DNA of 64,000 nt from Sphingobacteriales bacterium (GTDB lineage Bacteria; Bacteroidota; Bacteroidia; Sphingobacteriales; Sphingobacteriaceae), in NCBI GenBank assembly GCA_028288165.1, contig JAQBOG010000036.1, positions 11,202-75,201 on the forward strand. The letters run 5' to 3'. Shown here piece after piece: positions 60,413 through 64,000 of the stretch. Numbering within the stretch: the first letter of the stretch is position 1; each line of letters opens with the position of its first letter. A program made the translations under genes and the position numbers. The notes below the pieces were generated by a model that was not told where the DNA came from, searched no databases, and was given only the letters and a program-made list of their open reading frames with translations.

Positions 60413-62122
60413 ATGAGTATAACCGACTGGATAGTCTTGGTTATCACTTTGTTGGCCATTGTTGCCTATGGCTTATACAAAAGTAGGGGCACACAAAATA
60501 TTGATGGTTACCTATTAGGAAATCAATCATTACCCTGGTACCATGTTTGCCTTTCGGTAATGGCAACCCAGGCTAGTGCAATTACCTTTCTTTCGGCTCC
60601 GGGCTTGGCATTTTCAACCGGAATGGGCTTCGTTCAGTTTTATTTCGGTTTGCCATTGGCGATGATTGTGCTTTGTATCACGTTCGTTCCCATATTCCAC
60701 CGGCTTAAAGTGTACACCGCTTATGAGTTTCTCGAAAAACGATTTGATTTAAAAACCAGGGCATTAACCGCATTTTTATTTTTGATTCAAAGGGGTTTGT
60801 CTACCGGGATCACTATTTATGCACCATCCATTATACTCTCCACCATATTAAATATCGATACAACCATTACTACCATTTTAATTGGAGGTTTAGTGGTTGC
60901 TTATACGGTTTATGGCGGCACAAAGGCAGTTTCTTATACACAACTGCTGCAGATGAGCATCATTTTTATAGGGCTTTTTATAGCTGGAGTAATGGTAGTT
61001 CATTTACTCCCTGCCGATGTTGGCTTTTTTAAAGCGATACAAATTGCAGGTAAAATGGGACGTACAAATGCGATTGATTTTAAGTTCGACTGGAATAATC
61101 AATACACCATTTGGAGTGGCTTGATCGGTGGGTTCTTTCTTCAGCTCTCTTACTTCGGAACAGATCAAAGTCAGGTTGGCCGTTATCTAACGGGATCTTC
61201 TATTAACCAAAGTAGATTAGGTTTGTTGATGAACGGGTTGGTGAAGATCCCGATGCAGTTTCTGATATTATTGATTGGTGTACTCGTATTTGCTTTCTAT
61301 CAATATAAGCAGCCGCCTCTTTTCTTCAATAAATATGAGCTAAACAAACTAAACGAAAGCTCCTATCAGCCTGAGCTGAATGAAATTAAAGCGGATTATG
61401 ACGTGGCGTTTAAACGGAAACAAGTAGAAGTAAGCCAGTTAACTGCTGCACTTGATGCGGACGCTCAAGAACTAATTAGCCAAAAACGAATTACGCTAAA
61501 AGCGGCCGATGAAGATATTAAAGCCATAAAAAAACGAACCGTTGCTTTAATGTCTAAAAACGATCCGAAAGCTGATACTAACGATAACAACTACGTTTTT
61601 TTGAGTTTTGTAACTCAATACTTGCCGCAAGGATTAATTGGGTTATTAATCGCCATCATATTTCTGGCCTCCATGGGGTCAACGGCTAGCGCACTGAATT
61701 CATTAACATCCACAACTGTAATTGATATTTATAAACGGTTTATTAACAAGAACGGAACTGATGAAAAGTATTTAATTGTTTCCCGTGTTTTTACGTTGCT
61801 TTGGGGCTTGGTTTGTATCGGAATGGCTTTGTATGCCAGCAAATTAGGGAACTTGATTGAGGCCGTAAATATACTAGGCTCGTTATTTTACGGAACTATT
61901 TTAGGCATTTTCTTGGTAGCGTTTTATCTCAAAAAGGTAAATGGCAATGCAGTGTTTATAGCAGCACTAATAACCGAAGTAATTATTTTCACTTGCTGGA
62001 TTATGGAGGCTATGGCATTTTTATGGTTAAATGTTTTAGGATGCTTTTTAGTTGTAATATTAGCGTTGGTGATCGAATTGTTTAGCCGTAATAAGACCTA
62101 TAAGGTTTCGGAAACCTTATAG
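60413..62122 (+). CDS. Sodium:solute symporter (SSS family)
   Basis: SVMATQASAITF, TAYEFLEKRF, GGTKAV and YFGTDQSQVGRYL motifs. Confidence 0.93.
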   Translation: MSITDWIVLVITLLAIVAYGLYKSRGTQNIDGYLLGNQSLPWYHVCLSVMATQASAITFLSAPGLAFSTGMGFVQFYFGLPLAMIVLCITFVPIFHRLKVYTAYEFLEKRFDLKTRALTAFLFLIQRGLSTGITIYAPSIILSTILNIDTTITTILIGGLVVAYTVYGGTKAVSYTQLLQMSIIFIGLFIAGVMVVHLLPADVGFFKAIQIAGKMGRTNAIDFKFDWNNQYTIWSGLIGGFFLQLSYFGTDQSQVGRYLTGSSINQSRLGLLMNGLVKIPMQFLILLIGVLVFAFYQYKQPPLFFNKYELNKLNESSYQPELNEIKADYDVAFKRKQVEVSQLTAALDADAQELISQKRITLKAADEDIKAIKKRTVALMSKNDPKADTNDNNYVFLSFVTQYLPQGLIGLLIAIIFLASMGSTASALNSLTSTTVIDIYKRFINKNGTDEKYLIVSRVFTLLWGLVCIGMALYASKLGNLIEAVNILGSLFYGTILGIFLVAFYLKKVNGNAVFIAALITEVIIFTCWIMEAMAFLWLNVLGCFLVVILALVIELFSRNKTYKVSETL

Positions 62123-62127
62123 GTCTT
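62093..62127. repeat. Perfect 35-bp palindrome (REP-like)
   Basis: aagacctataaggtttc-g-gaaaccttataggtctt: 17-bp arms; overlaps the SSS stop codon. Confidence 0.85.
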
Positions 62128-62132
62128 GAACA

Positions 62133-62237
62133 TGCTAGGTTTTGCGTGAGGGAATGAAGAGGAAAGCCCACAGTCCCAATTTCTTTATTGGGGCGAGGAC
62201 TTGAAACGAAATGCCCGACCCTTGGGGCACGCCCAAA
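62133..62237 (+). ncRNA. Structured repeat, Flavo-1-like RNA motif, copy 4 (variant subtype)
   Basis: tgctaggttttgcgtgaggga..ggaaagcccacag..cgaggacttgaaacgaaatgcccgacccttggggcacgcccaaa. Confidence 0.7.
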
Positions 62238-62243
62238 TTTTTA

Positions 62244-62744
62244 TTACCCTTTTTTGTGATTCAATTTTTTGCTGAGCAAACTATCTAAGAAATACAAACC
62301 GATTACCAGATCAAAAATGTAAAAGCAGTTAATAACCGTGCTGTTTATATAAGATGAATAATTTACTTTCGGCAGCGTTATTTCTGAAAAAGCATTAGTG
62401 CCAGGCTCTGACCAGGTAATATTTGCAAATACAACTACTAAAAGCGCTGCAATTGAAATCAGAAAAAAAGCGGCTATTCCATAAATTATTCGTTTATCAA
62501 TTAATGATTTCAAGCTTCCTGGAACCGGTTCCAACTTCACTTTATCCATTAAATTACGAGTGAAACTCATGGAGGGTTCATCGGTATCTAACAGGGAAAA
62601 GTCGTTATTTATGGCTGTTAATTCCTGATAAGCTGCCTTATATATCGGGTCGGTTTCTATTAGCGATTCAATGTGATAGCGCTCTTGTTCTGAACAAGTT
62701 CCATCAATATAATCCCAAATTTGTTGTTCTATCATACTGTTCAT
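62244..62744 (-). CDS. Putative membrane-anchored anti-sigma factor
   Basis: N-terminal IWDYIDG anti-sigma-like helix, PSMSFT, two TM helices; overlaps the sigma stop. Confidence 0.8.
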   Translation of the reverse strand: MNSMIEQQIWDYIDGTCSEQERYHIESLIETDPIYKAAYQELTAINNDFSLLDTDEPSMSFTRNLMDKVKLEPVPGSLKSLIDKRIIYGIAAFFLISIAALLVVVFANITWSEPGTNAFSEITLPKVNYSSYINSTVINCFYIFDLVIGLYFLDSLLSKKLNHKKG

Positions 62745-63322
62745 AACAACTCGTTTACTTCATGTTGTAATAATCGTTCCAATTTCTCTTTCAACCTGGT
62801 GCGGGCTCTAAATAGCTTCACCTTCACCGTGTTGGTTTCCATATTCAAGGCGGTCGCAATTTCTTCTAATGACTGCTCGCCTTGATAAAATAGCGTAATG
62901 ATAGTGGCATCAATCGGTAAAAGTTGATTAATCGCTATGTTTAAATACACTGACTTAGATTTTTGCTCTACTATATCTGCCTTGTAATCAGATATTTGAT
63001 TCACTAACACTTCTCCATTTTCTTCGTCGTCAATTGATTGTGTGTTTAACCGTTTTTTGCGAAGAAAAGTCATAGCGGTTGTATAAACAATACTGTATAA
63101 CCAGGTGCTAAATTTGGATGTTTGTTTAAAAGTATGCAGAGATCTGTATGCCTTTATAAAGCAATCCTGAGAAATTTCTTCGGCATCTTCCCTGCTTTTT
63201 GAAAACCTCAAAGCAAGTGTAAAAACAAATCGTTGATGCCGTTTCACCAATTCTGCATAAGCTGATTGGTTTCCGTTTAGCACCTGCGCAATAAATTCTA
63301 TGTCAGATATTTTGTTTTGCAT
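62741..63322 (-). CDS. ECF RNA polymerase sigma factor
   Basis: Region 2 DAEEISQDCFIKAY..FSTWLYSI; region 4 SLEEIA..NTVKVKLFRAR. Confidence 0.95.
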   Translation of the reverse strand: MQNKISDIEFIAQVLNGNQSAYAELVKRHQRFVFTLALRFSKSREDAEEISQDCFIKAYRSLHTFKQTSKFSTWLYSIVYTTAMTFLRKKRLNTQSIDDEENGEVLVNQISDYKADIVEQKSKSVYLNIAINQLLPIDATIITLFYQGEQSLEEIATALNMETNTVKVKLFRARTRLKEKLERLLQHEVNELL

Positions 63323-63334
63323 TACTTATATCTC

Positions 63335-63362
63335 TGACAACAGCTATTTGATTTAGGTTACA
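63335..63362 (-). promoter_or_regulatory. Autoregulatory ECF promoter TGTAACCT-N12-TGTTGTCA
   Basis: 12 nt upstream of the sigma ATG; identical conserved boxes at 63660-63687. Confidence 0.75.
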
Positions 63363-63419
63363 CTGACTCACTAAATTTATTTAATAACCTGAATTCGATC
63401 ATAATATTCTTAAAATGGC

Positions 63420-63530
63420 TTTGGGCGTTCGAGCGGGCTTTCCGTTTCAATCTTTTTTGTTCATCCTTTCACTCCGTTTCAGGATAACAAAAAAGGATTT
63501 TCACTTCACTCCCTAACGCAAAACCTAGCA
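63420..63530 (-). ncRNA. Structured repeat, Flavo-1-like RNA motif, copy 5
   Basis: Reverse complement reads tgctaggttttgcgttaggga..aaaatcctttttt..aaaaaagattgaaacggaaagcccgctcgaacgcccaaa. Confidence 0.72.
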
Positions 63531-63659
63531 GCTCTTATAAAACCTGCTTATCTAAAAAGATTGATCTTAGTCTCATCTTGTCTTAATGCTATGTTATATA
63601 CCTCGAAATTGAGGTTACAAATACCATTACATGAATTTAATTATTTTTTATGAATAGCC

Positions 63660-63687
63660 TGTAACCTGTTTGTTTTTGTTGTTGTCA
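63660..63687 (+). promoter_or_regulatory. ECF promoter TGTAACCT-N12-TGTTGTCA
   Basis: tgtaacct-gtttgtttttgt-tgttgtca, upstream of ATG 63753. Confidence 0.75.
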
Positions 63688-63752
63688 TAGAATACAGATC
63701 ACGAGGTCAATTAAATTAACGCAATAACAAAACACTTAAAATTTATAAAATC

Positions 63753-64000
63753 ATGGAAGGTATATTAGTTCCAATTTCACTTTTTCTAGGAGCATTCGCA
63801 ATGATATTCGGATTACGTTACTTAGCAAACAAAGAAAACATGGCAATGATCCAAAACGGCATGGATCCAAAAGCTAGCAAACCACTGCCTCAGCCGTATA
63901 AAAATTTAAAATGGGGCCTATTGCTGATGGGGGCTGGCATTGGGTTATTCCTTGCTTTTGTTCTCGACAATACGGTTTTCAACAATGGCGGTGGCTTTCA
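63753..64000 (+). CDS. DUF6249-like membrane protein, 3'-truncated (absent from the ORF track)
   Basis: Manual translation MEGILVPISLFLGAFAMIFGLRYLANKENMAMIQNGMDP...LKWGLLLMGAGIGLFL, open to the window end. Confidence 0.75.
   Translation, partial: MEGILVPISLFLGAFAMIFGLRYLANKENMAMIQNGMDPKASKPLPQPYKNLKWGLLLMGAGIGLFLAFVLDNTVFNNGGGF

Noticed and set aside
11352-63530. Flavo-1-like copies as CRISPR repeats or a known self-cleaving ribozyme
   Set aside because: They are dispersed with no spacers or cas genes, and I could not match hammerhead, twister, pistol or HDV cores by eye.
63612-63619. Extra TGTAACCT on the minus strand as a fourth ECF promoter
   Set aside because: There is no GTCA -10 box at the right spacing; it is better explained as the inverted-repeat end.

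Overview
AT-rich, gene-dense window from a Bacteroidota chromosome, most likely Sphingobacteriaceae (inferred from gldD/gldH, SusC/SusD, TAnnTTTG promoters and the gene content). It is mostly core or housekeeping: mrp/NifU, def, comM/yifB, ffh, recQ, yqgF, holB-ricT-gldH, murF, padR-pspC, a BT2261-2264-like SusCD operon, pepT, TPR-comA-aroE-gldD, ALDH7, pnuC-nadR-like, ahpC-ahpD, a TetR-TolC-EmrAB efflux operon, a PIG-L/SSS operon and an ECF sigma/anti-sigma pair. I saw no tRNA, rRNA, CRISPR array, transposase or integrase. The most interesting signals are non-coding. (1) Five dispersed copies of a ~80-110 nt structured element with compensatory base changes, resembling the Flavo-1 RNA motif; one copy lies between imperfect terminal inverted repeats and one abuts a REP-like palindrome. 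(2) An ECF regulon readable from the sequence: TGTAACCT-N12-TGT(T/A)GTCA occurs upstream of the sigma gene, a DUF6249-like gene and an outer-membrane barrel gene 34 kb away. (3) A TTAACA-N4-TTAAC(A/G) direct-repeat box upstream of four envelope genes. (4) A rod-like inverted-repeat element between gldH and an LVIVD gene. Family names come from motif recognition by eye, not from database searches.
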